64,000 nt of DNA from an uncultured Acidobacteriota bacterium. Lineage in GTDB: Bacteria; Acidobacteriota; UBA6911. The notes beneath the pieces are model-generated. The model worked only from the letters and a program-made list of their open reading frames with translations. It was not told the DNA's origin and did no database searches. Shown here piece by piece: positions 38,290 through 49,287 of this stretch (its first letter is position 1; each line of letters starts with the position of its first letter). The stretch spans positions 96,001 through 160,000 of the forward strand of contig CAWEJX010000020.1 in NCBI GenBank assembly GCA_963809485.1, in the 5' to 3' direction. The position numbers and the translations under genes were made by a program.

Positions 38290-40233
38290 TCAGGGCATGA
38301 TGGGCAGTGCTATGAAACTTGCGTGATCTCCTGCTCGATAAATCCGCTGTGTGGCTTTGATGAAATCTGCGGGCTTAGCCCAGAAAATATTCTCCACATA
38401 GGTTTGCGGATTCCGGTCATAAAGCGGAAACCAGCTTGACTGGATCTGCACCATTATTTTGTGTCCCGGAAGAAAGACATGATGGGCCGGCGGGAGTTCC
38501 CAGCGGAAGAGTTCGACCTGTCCTGCGGAAATCGGTGCCGGCTTTGCCTTATCTGTGCGATAGCGGCCGCGCAGTATTTCAGCTGAAACCATCAGCTGAT
38601 ATCCGCCGAGTTCAGGCTTAGATGGATACTCGTCAGGGTAAACGTCGATAAGCTTGAGCACAAAATCCGAATCCGTTCCCGTAGTGGAAGCGAAAAGGTT
38701 GGCAACAGGCCTGCCACCGATGGCAACAGGCCGTGTCAGAGTTTCCGATTGATAGCTCAAAACGTCCGTGCGGCTTGAGAAATTGCGTTGGTCGTCTACC
38801 AGCCACCTTTCCCAGTTCGAGTCCTCGGCATAGGTCGGGCGAATGGGGCGCAGCCTGTAGGGCACCGGTTTTGACGGATCAGAAATATATTCGTCGAATG
38901 CGTCGCCGAGTGCATCCGGAGCATCGAATCCGAGCCCGAACCCTTTTCTTAAAAAATACGCACGCATATTCCCCGCACATCCGGATTCACAGCTGCGAGG
39001 CCAGGAATCGTATCGTTTCCAGTCGTTGCTGCCGGTTTCATACACCAACACGGGCGGCGTATTCGCCTTCACCGCACCGGCTTTCAGGTGCTCGTTGAGG
39101 AAGGGCAAGAGGATGGTCTGGCGAAAATGGCGGGCCGTGTTGCCCTCAAACCTGAGCGGACCGAGCGAACTTCCGTCCCCGTTGGACCCGCTGTGCGCCC
39201 AGGGGCCCATCACAAGGAAATTCATATCATTTTCGCGGTCTTTGGGCTCGACCGCCTGATAGGCGGCGACGGCGCCGTAAATATCCTCCTGGTCCCAGAG
39301 CCCGTGGACATAAAGGATCGGGACCTTCAACGGTTGGTCTGCAAGGATTTTATCCACAGCCCGGGCTTGCCAGAATGCATCATAGGACGGATGCTGCAAC
39401 AGCTTGCGCCACATATCCAGGTGCTCCATTTTCATGCGCCGCCCCAACTCCCCTGCCGAACCCGCCCTCATATAGAGGTCATAATTGTCATAGACGCCGC
39501 TTTTCCAGAGTATGTCCGAATTGCGGGATGCCTCCTGGTCATGGATGTAATCCATCATCATCTGGCGGAAAGCGCCGTTGTGAAACCAATCGTCCCCCAG
39601 CCAGGTGTCAACCATAGGATTGACCGGCACGGCGGCTTTCAAAGCAGGATGCGGATTTACCAGAGCCATGAGAACCAGGAAACCGTCGTAGGACGTGCCG
39701 ATCATGCCGACACGCTGATTGCTCTCCGGCACATTTTTAATCAGCCATTCGATGGTGTCGTAGGCATCCGTGGAGTGGTCGATGCCTGTCGGATTGAGCG
39801 GCCCTCGAAGGGGACGGTTCATGACGTAATCCCCTTCGGACCGGTATTTGCCGCGCACATCCTGGAATACACGAATATATCCGGCACGGGCAATCACATC
39901 GTCGCCGCCCGGCAGGACCGCCTCGAGGTTCTGGCTTTGATCGCGTGTCGAGCGTCTCGATGCACTGTAAGGCGTGCGACTGAGCAGGATAGGCATCTGC
40001 TCCTGCATACGCGGAATCAGGATGATGGTAAACAGCTTCACGCCGTCACGCATCGGGATCATTGCTTCCCGCCTGACAAAATCGGAGTTATCGGCAAGCA
40101 CACGGTCGATTTTGGGGAGTTCGCCCGTTTCATCGGGTTCCAGCGGCACGTGCGTGAGCTGAGCCAGAGCGCCTCCTCCAAAAACTACCAGTGCCAGAAC
40201 TGCCGCCATCCATCCAGCCGTCGATCGTTTCAT
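38290..40233 (-). CDS. CocE/NonD family hydrolase (alpha-amino acid ester hydrolase-like), secreted
   Basis: IPMRDGVKL, RTPY, QDVRG..SEG, GTSYDG nucleophile motif, GPWAH, signal peptide. Confidence 0.92.
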   Translation of the reverse strand: MKRSTAGWMAAVLALVVFGGGALAQLTHVPLEPDETGELPKIDRVLADNSDFVRREAMIPMRDGVKLFTIILIPRMQEQMPILLSRTPYSASRRSTRDQSQNLEAVLPGGDDVIARAGYIRVFQDVRGKYRSEGDYVMNRPLRGPLNPTGIDHSTDAYDTIEWLIKNVPESNQRVGMIGTSYDGFLVLMALVNPHPALKAAVPVNPMVDTWLGDDWFHNGAFRQMMMDYIHDQEASRNSDILWKSGVYDNYDLYMRAGSAGELGRRMKMEHLDMWRKLLQHPSYDAFWQARAVDKILADQPLKVPILYVHGLWDQEDIYGAVAAYQAVEPKDRENDMNFLVMGPWAHSGSNGDGSSLGPLRFEGNTARHFRQTILLPFLNEHLKAGAVKANTPPVLVYETGSNDWKRYDSWPRSCESGCAGNMRAYFLRKGFGLGFDAPDALGDAFDEYISDPSKPVPYRLRPIRPTYAEDSNWERWLVDDQRNFSSRTDVLSYQSETLTRPVAIGGRPVANLFASTTGTDSDFVLKLIDVYPDEYPSKPELGGYQLMVSAEILRGRYRTDKAKPAPISAGQVELFRWELPPAHHVFLPGHKIMVQIQSSWFPLYDRNPQTYVENIFWAKPADFIKATQRIYRAGDHASFIALPIMP

Positions 40234-40507
40234 TCCGATCCTCCCATGAGGAATTTTCCGCACCATCATAGCACGGCCCAAAAATTCGACACGCAGCCGG
40301 CGGCCTTCACCGATAGCTCGGCCTGAGCCAGTTCCGCAGGTCTTTTCCGTTGCCTGGAGCGGCAAAAGCCGATGACCCTTTTCCGAATTTATCAGTCAGC
40401 ATGTATCGGCGTTACCCCACCTTGAAGCTGTCGAAATCAATGAGCCTCTCCCGGCATGGATGTGGATTAGGCGATGAATGGATTGAAATGGATGGAACGG
40501 CCTGGCT

Positions 40508-40954
40508 TCAGAACTCGCACTCGGGATGCCGGAGTTCCGCAATCCTGCGATCCAGCTGAACAATTGCTTTTGCCTGCCGCTCTGCCGCTTCGTCGATAGA
40601 CAGGACAAGCTCGGGCACCTTTTTCAGCGCAGCGACAACGATTTCCATATTCCCGCAGGCTTCGATAGGGATGACGCGCTGGCTCACATAGGCATGACTC
40701 TCATGATCGCGCTCGATTATCCTGATCATGAGCCCCCATCTGCCCTCGATCCGTGAGTAGCCCACGTAACTGTCGGCGTCTATTCCTCCCACATTGGCCG
40801 TATGAATCTTCTCCGGATACCACACCGCCGCTTCCAGTCCCAGCGTTTTGAAATTTCTGCTCACATCCTCCACAGTCTTGCCGAATTCTCTCATGCGCGG
40901 GTTCAGGTTATCCGACACCTTCTTTCTGAGTTTTTCGTATGTGGTTTTGCTCAT
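40508..40954 (-). CDS. Hypothetical protein
   Basis: 148 aa ORF with GAGG RBS and protein-like composition. No family recognised. Confidence 0.65.
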   Translation of the reverse strand: MSKTTYEKLRKKVSDNLNPRMREFGKTVEDVSRNFKTLGLEAAVWYPEKIHTANVGGIDADSYVGYSRIEGRWGLMIRIIERDHESHAYVSQRVIPIEACGNMEIVVAALKKVPELVLSIDEAAERQAKAIVQLDRRIAELRHPECEF

Positions 40955-41062
40955 CCTCGCCCCCCTCGAAGTTTCGCTTTTGAATATATGGCAAAGCCTG
41001 CAAGAAAGCTAATGTTCTGTTTGTTGCCTCCGATTTAGGAATACGAGAGGGAGGAAAAGAGT

Positions 41063-41404
41063 GTGGCAATCCAAAACAGAGTGACACAGGACCGCAGGAG
41101 GATTTCGCGTGTGCCGGCACGTTTGGCCTGCCGTTTCAGCCTCAACGGGGAAAGCCACGATGCGACCTTACTTGACCTTTCACTCAACGGGGCTTTCCTT
41201 TCCTCGAAATTCCTTCCGCCCAATGGATCCAGCATCTGCCTTAGCCTGCAGACACCGTCCATGAAAAAATCTCTTGCTCTGGACGCCACGGTACTCCGTG
41301 GCAGTTCCGTGAATTCGGATCATGGCAGCCTCAGCAGGTTCGCGATCCGTTTCCATAGCTCTTCTCTGGATCTCATGAAGCTTGTCCAGCAGCTCATTTC
41401 CTAG
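41063..41404 (+). CDS. PilZ domain (c-di-GMP receptor) protein
   Basis: RRRISR (RxxxR) and DLSLNG (DxSxxG). Confidence 0.85.
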   Translation: MAIQNRVTQDRRRISRVPARLACRFSLNGESHDATLLDLSLNGAFLSSKFLPPNGSSICLSLQTPSMKKSLALDATVLRGSSVNSDHGSLSRFAIRFHSSSLDLMKLVQQLIS

Positions 41405-41469
41405 CCATGGCTCGATTCCAAAGGCTCTGCATTTGCGGAGACTCCCATCAAAACCTCCAGGACTGAGTG

Positions 41470-42615
41470 TCAGCGCGAGGTTCCTCGGTGCACGCTCCGA
41501 TAAAGGGCATGCATTTTTCGGGCGGTTTCGGCGAGGGAAAATTGTGCTGCCGCATCCAGCGCTTCCTTCCTCATGCGGGCCTTTTCCACTTCACTCAACT
41601 CCAGCGCACGGATTACGGCGCGCGCCAGGGAGGCTGCATCGGCAGGCGGAACGAGGAAGCCGTTTCGGCCGTCCTCGATCATCTCGGGGATTCCTCCGAC
41701 ACGGGTGGCGACGACCGGCAGGCCGGCAGCCATCGCCTCAATGACCGATAAGGGAAACCCTTCGGCCAAAGACGGCAGCACGAAAACCGTGCTGCTCCGC
41801 AGCAAAGCTCCGACATCCGGCCGGAAGCCGAGGATGGAGAAGTGGGACTCCAGGCCGGCGGCGGCAATCTGACGCTCAATGGACATCCGGCCCTCCGGAA
41901 TACCTGCAAAAGCGAAGCGGGCAGCCGGAAAGCGGTCCAGGATTGCCGGGGCAGCCTCGATCAGGTATCGATGCCCTTTGTTGTCGGCAAGCCTGGCGAG
42001 GACAAGAATGACAGGCTGGCTGTCCTTCAATCCCATTTCGGCCATCGGATTCAGGTTATCTGTAGCGGAAGATGCAAGATGAGCAGGATCAATTCCATTG
42101 TGGACCACGTCGATACGGCCTGCGGGCAGACGATAACAGGTCGTCAGGATGCGCTTGCTTTCGTTTGAAACGGTCACTATCCGGGCCACCCGCTTCCGCG
42201 ACCAACGGAACAACACCGGCAGAGCCCAGGCAATGCTCCGGGAAATGTGCACGTCGTTCATGAGCGTGGCGCGGTGCTCGACCGCAATTACGGGCCTGCC
42301 CGAGGCAGGCAATGCGAATCCCAGGAAAATACCGAGGCGGCTGGCAGGGTGGCTCGAGTTTAGATGGATCACGTCGTGGGCCGCGGCGAGGCGGATAAGT
42401 CTGGCTATCGCGCCCGGCAACCGCCACGGTACACTGAGCGGAAGAGGAACAACCTGGGAAATCGGTGACAAGCGGACAACCAGGCTGTTTAACGCGGCAT
42501 TCTCAGGGAGAGCGACAGTGAAATGGCACGTACCTTTTAGCGCTTCGGCCAGATCGCCGACATACAGTTCTGCGCCGCCTATGTCGCGGGCGGTCATGAC
42601 CAGCAATATATTCAT
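41470..42615 (-). CDS. Glycosyltransferase family 4
   Basis: GGAE, VHNGID, KGH..LIEA, EGFPLSVIEAMAAGLPVV. Confidence 0.92.
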   Translation of the reverse strand: MNILLVMTARDIGGAELYVGDLAEALKGTCHFTVALPENAALNSLVVRLSPISQVVPLPLSVPWRLPGAIARLIRLAAAHDVIHLNSSHPASRLGIFLGFALPASGRPVIAVEHRATLMNDVHISRSIAWALPVLFRWSRKRVARIVTVSNESKRILTTCYRLPAGRIDVVHNGIDPAHLASSATDNLNPMAEMGLKDSQPVILVLARLADNKGHRYLIEAAPAILDRFPAARFAFAGIPEGRMSIERQIAAAGLESHFSILGFRPDVGALLRSSTVFVLPSLAEGFPLSVIEAMAAGLPVVATRVGGIPEMIEDGRNGFLVPPADAASLARAVIRALELSEVEKARMRKEALDAAAQFSLAETARKMHALYRSVHRGTSR

Positions 42616-42746
42616 GGCAGACGATCCGCCTCCCCGGACTTGGAAGTGCGGCACCTGCATTAGCCTGACCGGTACAGGGCCGATGTCAATCGGGTCTTCC
42701 AGGGCTCAAGGCTTCATTGCTCGAACCCTTGTTTGCAGCAGGGGGA

Positions 42747-44345
42747 TTAGGAACCTTTTTTATCTCTGTTTTCCGTCTCCCAAGAGACCTGCGGGACGGT
42801 GGATATAATCAAGAAGGCCAGCAGCATGGTTATCGCGCTGACCCAGAATACGCTTCTCAATCCCGCCTCCATGGAGGTCCGGATTGCCTGGACAGTCTGG
42901 GGGAACAACGCTTCCCTTCCCGCTTTTCTGAAATTCTCCTCGAGGGCTGCCATAGCCGGTTGGGAGAGGAGGACCTTGGGATCTCCCAGAGAATTCATGG
43001 TCGCCTCATCCTGGGCTTCAACCAGGCCGGCGGGCAGGGATGCAGCAAGCGCTTTGGCATAGGAGGCATTCATAGCCGAACCAAGAATCGCCGGGGAGAT
43101 GGCTACGCCCATCGATATGGCAAAAAAGATGCCGCCCATCGCCACACCCAGGAGTCTTTTGGGCACGGCATTTTGAATTACCATCGTGTTTACCGTCGGG
43201 ATGGCGCCCAATCCGATACCGGTGAGCGTGCACACAAGCACGCTCCACAGCACAGGAGTTTCCGCCGTGAAGAAAATCACCCCGAACATGACGGCCGTTA
43301 GGATGGAAAAACCCAGGATGTACATCCATTTATAGCTTTTCGTCCGGGCGAGCAGAAAGCCGACGGGCACGCCGATAAAGGACATCAGCACGCTGTAGGG
43401 AGTGATGATCTGCCCGCTCAGTGTGGCGCTGACGCCCTGAACGCCCTGCAGGAACATCGGGAAATACATCATAATCGCCATCTGCCCGAAAAATGAAAAC
43501 AGGGTGGCGATGGCGACCGTCATGAAAGACCGGTTGCGGAGCACCACGGGATCGAGTATGGGCTCTTCCACGCGCGACTCAGTCCTGAAGAACCAAATCC
43601 AGAAAACAAGGGAAACTCCAAGCAGGCCGATAATAGGTACTGAAGCCCACGGATAAGTTGTGCCGGCCAGAGAAAATCCGACAATCGTGGTCGACGAGGC
43701 GATCGCCACCAGAATACACCCCAGGATATCGATCTTGCGCTTCGCGCTGGTGATGATCGAAGGGATCCCGATCGGAACCGTGATCAGGCAGATGACAAGA
43801 AGCGGCAACGAAAACCAGAACAGGTAGCGCCAGCTCAAGTTGTCTACAAGCCATCCGCCAAGTGTGGGGCCGAACAAAGAGCAAATCCCCGTGGGGATAT
43901 TGAGCAGCCCGATCCACTTGCTGCGCTTTGCCGGCGGAAACATATCCCCAACGACGGCAAAAACAAGCGGCATCATGGCTCCGTTCCCGAGATTGGCGAT
44001 GACGCTGGCAGCGATAAAAAAAATAAAATTGGGGCTTAGAGCGCTCAGGATGGTTCCGATAAAAGAAAAGATGACCGATACCAGCAGCATGATGCGCCGT
44101 CCGTAAATATCGGACAATTTGCCGAAAATGAGCGTCACGAAAGCGCCGGCCAGTCCGGGAAGCGAGACGGACCATGCGTAGAGCGACATGCCGTTCAATT
44201 CGGCAGCCAGCTTTGGCCGGGCAACGTTCAGTGTCTGCACGAAGTAGGACATTGTTGCGTAGACGGTGAAAATGGCAACCATTCCCCAGAAGATCTGCTT
44301 TTTGGAAAAATCATATTCGGCAGGCCGCTGCGGCGCTTGTGTCAT
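42747..44345 (-). CDS. MFS transporter, 14-TM DHA2 (EmrB/QacA-like)
   Basis: GKLSDIYGRR, GPTLGG, SWRYLF, FLQGVQG. Confidence 0.9.
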   Translation of the reverse strand: MTQAPQRPAEYDFSKKQIFWGMVAIFTVYATMSYFVQTLNVARPKLAAELNGMSLYAWSVSLPGLAGAFVTLIFGKLSDIYGRRIMLLVSVIFSFIGTILSALSPNFIFFIAASVIANLGNGAMMPLVFAVVGDMFPPAKRSKWIGLLNIPTGICSLFGPTLGGWLVDNLSWRYLFWFSLPLLVICLITVPIGIPSIITSAKRKIDILGCILVAIASSTTIVGFSLAGTTYPWASVPIIGLLGVSLVFWIWFFRTESRVEEPILDPVVLRNRSFMTVAIATLFSFFGQMAIMMYFPMFLQGVQGVSATLSGQIITPYSVLMSFIGVPVGFLLARTKSYKWMYILGFSILTAVMFGVIFFTAETPVLWSVLVCTLTGIGLGAIPTVNTMVIQNAVPKRLLGVAMGGIFFAISMGVAISPAILGSAMNASYAKALAASLPAGLVEAQDEATMNSLGDPKVLLSQPAMAALEENFRKAGREALFPQTVQAIRTSMEAGLRSVFWVSAITMLLAFLIISTVPQVSWETENRDKKGS

Positions 44346-44473
44346 TCGGCTGTTCCTCTCTTTTAGCTGAAACAAGCCACGAATTATCATGAATTTGCAT
44401 TCTCATAGGAACAATATTCGTAGCACTTCGCCACATTTTTTGCTTCGGGCAGACAAGGATATCCTTAATGCAA

Positions 44474-44804
44474 TAGTGAAGGACGGATCTCCAGCGTCTG
44501 TCGCAAAACGACTGTCGCGAGATCCTCGGCGGCAGTTTCGAGAAAGTCTCTGGAGAGCCATCCTTACCCAATCAGCATTAAATGCTGAGAAAATAGTATT
44601 CATTTATGATTTTTTTGGCGTAAGTCGGCGTTTATCGGCGTACGTCAGCGTTAAAATTTATGGACAGGCCTCCAGAATCGGTCCCAAAACGAATCTGGCG
44701 AGATCCTCGCTGGCAGTTTTGAGACGGTCTCTCCAGACCCGTCCGATTGAGCCATAACCGATTATTCGCTCATCGAACGGCTCTGGAGCGCCGCTCTCAC
44801 AAAA
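44474..44804. repeat. Mosaic cluster of REP-like palindromes (two family B units plus a family A core motif)
   Basis: GGACGGATCTCCAG...CTGGAGAGCCATCC and CTCCAGACCCGTCCGA..CCATAACCGATTAT..CTGGAGCGCCG. Direct repeat GCGAGATCCTCG at ~44517 and ~44698. GCGTAAGTCGGCGTT matches the family A core. Confidence 0.65.
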
Positions 44805-44856
44805 ATATGGAGAATGATGATGGCCTTACGTGGATGTACGCCATCGCCTCCGGAGG

Positions 44857-45999
44857 CTAAGCCAGAAGCTCCTGCGCCCGGATCAGGCGCTCCTGCACGC
44901 GAACTCCGTTCCGGCACCGGATGGTGCAGTCCGAGCAATCCCTGCAGCGAATATCTCGGACTTCCTGCGGCAGCTCCATGTAACTCCTACGAGCCTGATG
45001 GATATCGCCGCCAAAGTCGTTATAGGCAAGGAAGCGGAGCTCGTCGGTGACAGGCACGCCCTTCGGGCACTGCCCGTTGCACTCATAGCACATCCGGCAA
45101 TAGAAGGGCCGGTTCTGCTCATTGCGCACATAAAGCAGTTTTTCATCCGCGGGGGCGTAGGATTCCGACATCGCCCGGACATTCATTTCGAGCTGGCTTA
45201 AGTCACCGTGGTGGGGAACGGTTGTGCCAATCCGGGGATTCTTCAAAACCCATTTTATGGCTGCCACGCAGCCCTCACTGGTGATCTTGGGTTTCTGTTC
45301 GGGATTCTTCATATCCAAATGAAGCCCGGTGAGGCCGATCACGACCTTCATGGCTATGATGCCGACACCTGCGGCATGCAGCTTATCAAGCGCCGCATCC
45401 CTGAATGGAGCTCCGATGGCGTAACTGTACGTGGTCTGCACAACGTCCAGCCCGTATTTGATGATATTGTCCGCCATCGCGTTCGGATCGTGAGTGCTGA
45501 GGCCGACGAAACGAGCTTTGCCCTGCTTCTTGATCAGTTTCATGGCTTCGAGAGCTTCGTCCGAAACTCTGGCTGCCGTGTCCCTGGCATGCATGTGATA
45601 GACATCGACGTAATCCGTGCCCAGCATTTGAAGGCTCGTCTCGATATCCTTCAATATCTGCTCCCGGGTATTCGTGCCGGTCTTGGTGGAAATCACAACT
45701 TTGTCTCTTTTACCCTTGATGACAGAGCCGAACACTTTTTCGCTGTCCTTGTAGACGCGCGAGGTATCGAAGTAATTCACACCCAGATCGATGGCCCGCT
45801 CGAGCACCACGGGATCGGGAGTGTACCCGATGCCGAATCCAACGCCCGAGACCTTGAGCCCCGTTTTGCCCAGCGTCCTGTAGGGAACCGGGGCGGGCGT
45901 CTGAGGGAACGCTTCCAGACCGCGCACAGCGATGAGTCCGGCGGCCGGGACCATCAAACCGTTTTGCAGGAATTTTCTACGCGATGATTTGCCTTTCAT
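44857..45999 (-). CDS. Aldo/keto reductase with C-terminal Fe-S domain and twin-arginine-like leader
   Basis: SRRKFL, YRTLGKTGLKVS, NYFDTS..Y, IAMK, CRMCYECNGQCP, CRDCSDC...C. Confidence 0.9.
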   Translation of the reverse strand: MKGKSSRRKFLQNGLMVPAAGLIAVRGLEAFPQTPAPVPYRTLGKTGLKVSGVGFGIGYTPDPVVLERAIDLGVNYFDTSRVYKDSEKVFGSVIKGKRDKVVISTKTGTNTREQILKDIETSLQMLGTDYVDVYHMHARDTAARVSDEALEAMKLIKKQGKARFVGLSTHDPNAMADNIIKYGLDVVQTTYSYAIGAPFRDAALDKLHAAGVGIIAMKVVIGLTGLHLDMKNPEQKPKITSEGCVAAIKWVLKNPRIGTTVPHHGDLSQLEMNVRAMSESYAPADEKLLYVRNEQNRPFYCRMCYECNGQCPKGVPVTDELRFLAYNDFGGDIHQARRSYMELPQEVRDIRCRDCSDCTIRCRNGVRVQERLIRAQELLA

Positions 46000-46324
46000 A
46001 AGACCTCCGAAAAAATCTACAGCCACTGGGACGAAAATGAATCACGCTTCGGGCTCCATCCTTTGAGCGCGATCCTTCACCACTCAAGGATTTGAGAAAT
46101 GCTGGCGCGATAATATCCGAGATGGTTATAAATCGCAATAAGGCTTGTTTTACACGGATACACGGCGGAGATGCTGAATCGCGGGGCAGATAAGCCTTTG
46201 CTCAAGAACCAGTGAGACTATGGGGAGACAAATCCATTTTCCGTTTGACCCGTCCGCTGCAAAAATGCCGCTACGCCTTGACACCTGAGTGTGGAAAAGA
46301 AAATATATGGATGCAACGAATATT

Positions 46325-46408
46325 TACTGGGGGGGCCGGAAGGCTGAGAATTCGCTTGAGCGAATGACCCTTTGTACCTGATCTCGATAATGCGAGCGTA
46401 GGGAAGTA
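46325..46408 (+). promoter_or_regulatory. TPP riboswitch
   Basis: GGGG..GCC..GGCTGAGA...ACCC..T.ACCTGATC...ATAATGC.AGCGTAGGGAAG, directly upstream of a thiazole synthase. Confidence 0.93.
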
Positions 46409-46496
46409 TGGAATGCATGCCGGGAAGCGCAATCCTCAGCTTTCCGAATCCCGTTTCTTACAGGCCCTCCCGTAGATATTCATAAAGGAGGGTGCA

Positions 46497-47273
46497 TTGG
46501 ACGAAATCATCATTTCAAGAGCGATTGCCAAGAGTTTCATGGATGACTTCATGGATTTCATGGAGGTTGATGCGGCCGTTGTGGGCGGCGGGCCTGCCGG
46601 ACTGACGGCGGCGTACTACCTGTCGCGTCGCGGGTTCAAAGTGGCTTTGTACGAGAGGAAGTTGAGCATCGGCGGCGGGATGTGGGGCGGCGGCATGATG
46701 TTCAACAAGATTGTGGTTCAGGATGATGCCCGGCCTATCCTGGAAGAGTTCGGCATAGCATGCCGGGAATACCGGCCCGGGTACCATGTGGCTGATTCCG
46801 TCGAGGCGGTTTCCGCCCTGTGCTACCGGGCCGCAAAAGCCGGGGCGCGGATTTTCAACCTGATCAGCGTGGAAGACGTGATGATCCGTGAGAATGACCG
46901 TGTAACGGGACTGGTTCTGAACTGGAGCGCCGTGGAATTGGCTCATCTGCATGTGGATCCCCTCACCATAAGGTCCGGATGCGTTATCGACGCCACCGGG
47001 CATGACGCCGAGGTTTGCAGCCTTTTAACCCGCAAGACCGGGAGGAAGGTTTCCTCATCCACCGGACAGGTGATAGGCGAAAAGCCAATGTGGGCAGAAC
47101 TGGCAGAGAAGGAGACCGTGGAACGCACGGGAGAGGTCTTTCCGGGACTTCTGGCAGCAGGAATGACGGTCAACGCCGTACACGGCTTGCCGCGCATGGG
47201 GCCAATTTTCGGCGGGATGCTCCTCTCGGGCCGAAGAGCAGCCGAGATAGCCGCGGCCTTGTTGAAGAAATAG
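46497..47273 (+). CDS. thi4: Sulfide-dependent adenosine diphosphate thiazole synthase (His-type THI4)
   Basis: GGGPAGL, GGGMWGGGMMF, HVDP, DATGHD, RMGPIFGGMLLSG. TTG start after AAGGAGG. Confidence 0.93.
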   Translation: MDEIIISRAIAKSFMDDFMDFMEVDAAVVGGGPAGLTAAYYLSRRGFKVALYERKLSIGGGMWGGGMMFNKIVVQDDARPILEEFGIACREYRPGYHVADSVEAVSALCYRAAKAGARIFNLISVEDVMIRENDRVTGLVLNWSAVELAHLHVDPLTIRSGCVIDATGHDAEVCSLLTRKTGRKVSSSTGQVIGEKPMWAELAEKETVERTGEVFPGLLAAGMTVNAVHGLPRMGPIFGGMLLSGRRAAEIAAALLKK

Positions 47274-47437
47274 TTTAGCCCATACCCTGTTGGATTATGG
47301 CCCTGTCGACAGTTGCAGCCTGCAATCACACCGGCGATTTGCGGCCTGAAACCAGGCTTTAGGACCTGCGACCAGAAATCGATAGTACCCTTAACGCCCA
47401 GAAACGTTTCGCCGCGAAAGCTTGCGAGGAATGAGGG

Positions 47438-48349
47438 TCAGCCCTTATATTTGATAAACGTCCCTTCCCTGTATTCCTCAAAGGCTATTCGCAGTTCCTC
47501 CTGGGTATTCATGACGATGGGGCCATACCAGGCTACCGGTTCACGCAGCGGCTTGCCGGATATCAGCAGGAACCGCACATTCTGTTTCTCGGTAAACACG
47601 GCGATCTCATCACCATCGTCGAACAATACGAGCATCTCATTGGCGACGAATGGATCCCGCTGAAGGTCAAAATAGTTGTTTCCGAGCATCTCGTAGGTAA
47701 ACGGATTTTTCTCCCGGCAGAAATAGGCCTGCCCTTCAATGACGTATGCGAAAACCGTATGGCCCCGTTTGGTGGGGTGCTTGAATTCGCAATTTGCCGG
47801 AATTGAAACATCGAGATATTCAGGATCGATGACGATATCCTGCACCGGTCCCCTGGTGCCGGAAACTTCGCCGGCAATAATCCTGACCATTGTGCTATCG
47901 GGAAATTTGACTTCAGGTATCTGCCCGCTCGCCACGTCCCGGTACCTGGGATTCATCATTTTTTGTTTGGCGGGCAGATTGGCCCACAGCTGAAAGCCGC
48001 CCATCTTCCCCTGGGCGTCCCCTTTCGGCATTTCCTGGTGAATGATGCCGCTGCCGGCGGTCATCCACTGCACGTCACCCGGGTTGATGACGCCCTTGTT
48101 GCCGAGACTGTCGCCGTGTTCGACATTGCCGTCCAGAACATAGGTGATTGTTTCAATCCCTCGATGCGGATGCCAGGGAAATCCCTTGATATAGTGTTCC
48201 GGTCGATCAGAGCGGAAATCATCCAGCATCAGAAAAGGATCGTACAGAGAAGTTTCGCGGAACCCGAACACTCTCTTCAAGTGAACGCCGGCGCCCTCGA
48301 TGGTGGGATTGCTTTTCAGAACCTTCCGAATTTTTCTTGTTACTGGCAT
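47438..48349 (-). CDS. Pirin family protein
   Basis: DPFLMLDDF, GFPWHPHRGIETITY, WMTAGSGIIHQE, GPIVMNT. Confidence 0.95.
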   Translation of the reverse strand: MPVTRKIRKVLKSNPTIEGAGVHLKRVFGFRETSLYDPFLMLDDFRSDRPEHYIKGFPWHPHRGIETITYVLDGNVEHGDSLGNKGVINPGDVQWMTAGSGIIHQEMPKGDAQGKMGGFQLWANLPAKQKMMNPRYRDVASGQIPEVKFPDSTMVRIIAGEVSGTRGPVQDIVIDPEYLDVSIPANCEFKHPTKRGHTVFAYVIEGQAYFCREKNPFTYEMLGNNYFDLQRDPFVANEMLVLFDDGDEIAVFTEKQNVRFLLISGKPLREPVAWYGPIVMNTQEELRIAFEEYREGTFIKYKG

Positions 48350-48492
48350 GAGCAGCCGCCTTTCTTGGGAATGCTCCCGATTTGAAAGTATGCATTAGGC
48401 AATTATTGCAAATCGGGGAGGATCTCGAAACCTTGAATTATGGCTTCTTTTGCCGCCTGCCCAGCCGGATATCGGTTAGATCGAGCATTCGC

Positions 48493-48521
48493 TTGACTCG
48501 CAGGTAACGGACCCATATAAT
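48493..48521 (+). promoter_or_regulatory. Sigma70-type promoter of tRNA-Met
   Basis: TTGACT-17 bp-TATAAT, 11 bp upstream of the tRNA. Confidence 0.8.
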
Positions 48522-48532
48522 TCCTCCATCAT

Positions 48533-48609
<77 letters not shown>

Positions 48610-48685
48610 ATGGAATCATAAGCTTACGGGAATTGGGGGATTAGGCACAAACCCCCATAAACCCCCATCAAGAGCAAACTACTTG

Positions 48686-48714
48686 GGGAGCGGGAAAAAC
48701 CTGCTCCCTTTTTT
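48686..48714 (+). terminator. Rho-independent terminator downstream of the tRNA
   Basis: GGGAGCGGG-AAAAA-CCTGCTCCC-TTTTTT. Confidence 0.75.
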
Positions 48715-48726
48715 CCTTTTTAAACA

Positions 48727-48966
48727 GCCATCGCTTCTTACAATGCCGGTCCGGGGAAGATCGGACGCTGCCGGACTCTGGCCAAGAATCTGGGCTACGA
48801 TCCGAACATATGGCTCAATAATGTCGAAGTCGCAGCGGCAAAAGTCATTGGCCGGGAAACGACTCAGTATATAGCGAATATATACAAATATTATGTGGCC
48901 TACCGTTTGGCAGGTAGTACATATCAGAGAAGACAAGAAGCCGAGAAAAAAGCAGGCAAAAAATGA
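48727..48966 (+). pseudogene. 3' remnant of an MltF-like lytic transglycosylase gene
   Basis: Manual translation AIASYNAGPG...GYDPNIWLNNVE...IGRETTQYIANIYKYYVAY. In-frame TAA at 48721 and no start codon. Confidence 0.75.
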
Positions 48967-49287
48967 ACGCACGCTAAGCTGATTCAACAAATGGCCTGCA
49001 GAGAAATAGGTGTTGAAAGGTATCCTCGGGCCCTCTCCGAAGAGCGGGTGTTATCCGCAAGAAAGCCATTTGTAGTGCCTCCATGACTAATCGGGCATGA
49101 AAGGTGAAGCAAAATGTGATCTTGTAGCACGCTCATAGGTATGCTCGGAGCGCTAAACTACCTACTGAAAGTCTTGATTGTTCTGCTCCTGAATCTCGTT
49201 CGATTTATGCACCCTTTTTAAACGCCTAACGTACTCGTGATCTGAGATCCGAGGATATACTTGTTACCAGATTCTCATTGAAAGTGC

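Noticed and set aside
39088-40326. Long opposite-strand ORFs (also 6747-7805, 27492-28484, 2134-2919)
   Set aside because: Antisense shadows of well-supported genes, with no recognisable motifs.
49224-49267. attC-like GCCTAAC site in the islet
   Set aside because: No matching GTTRRRY core or internal inverted boxes.
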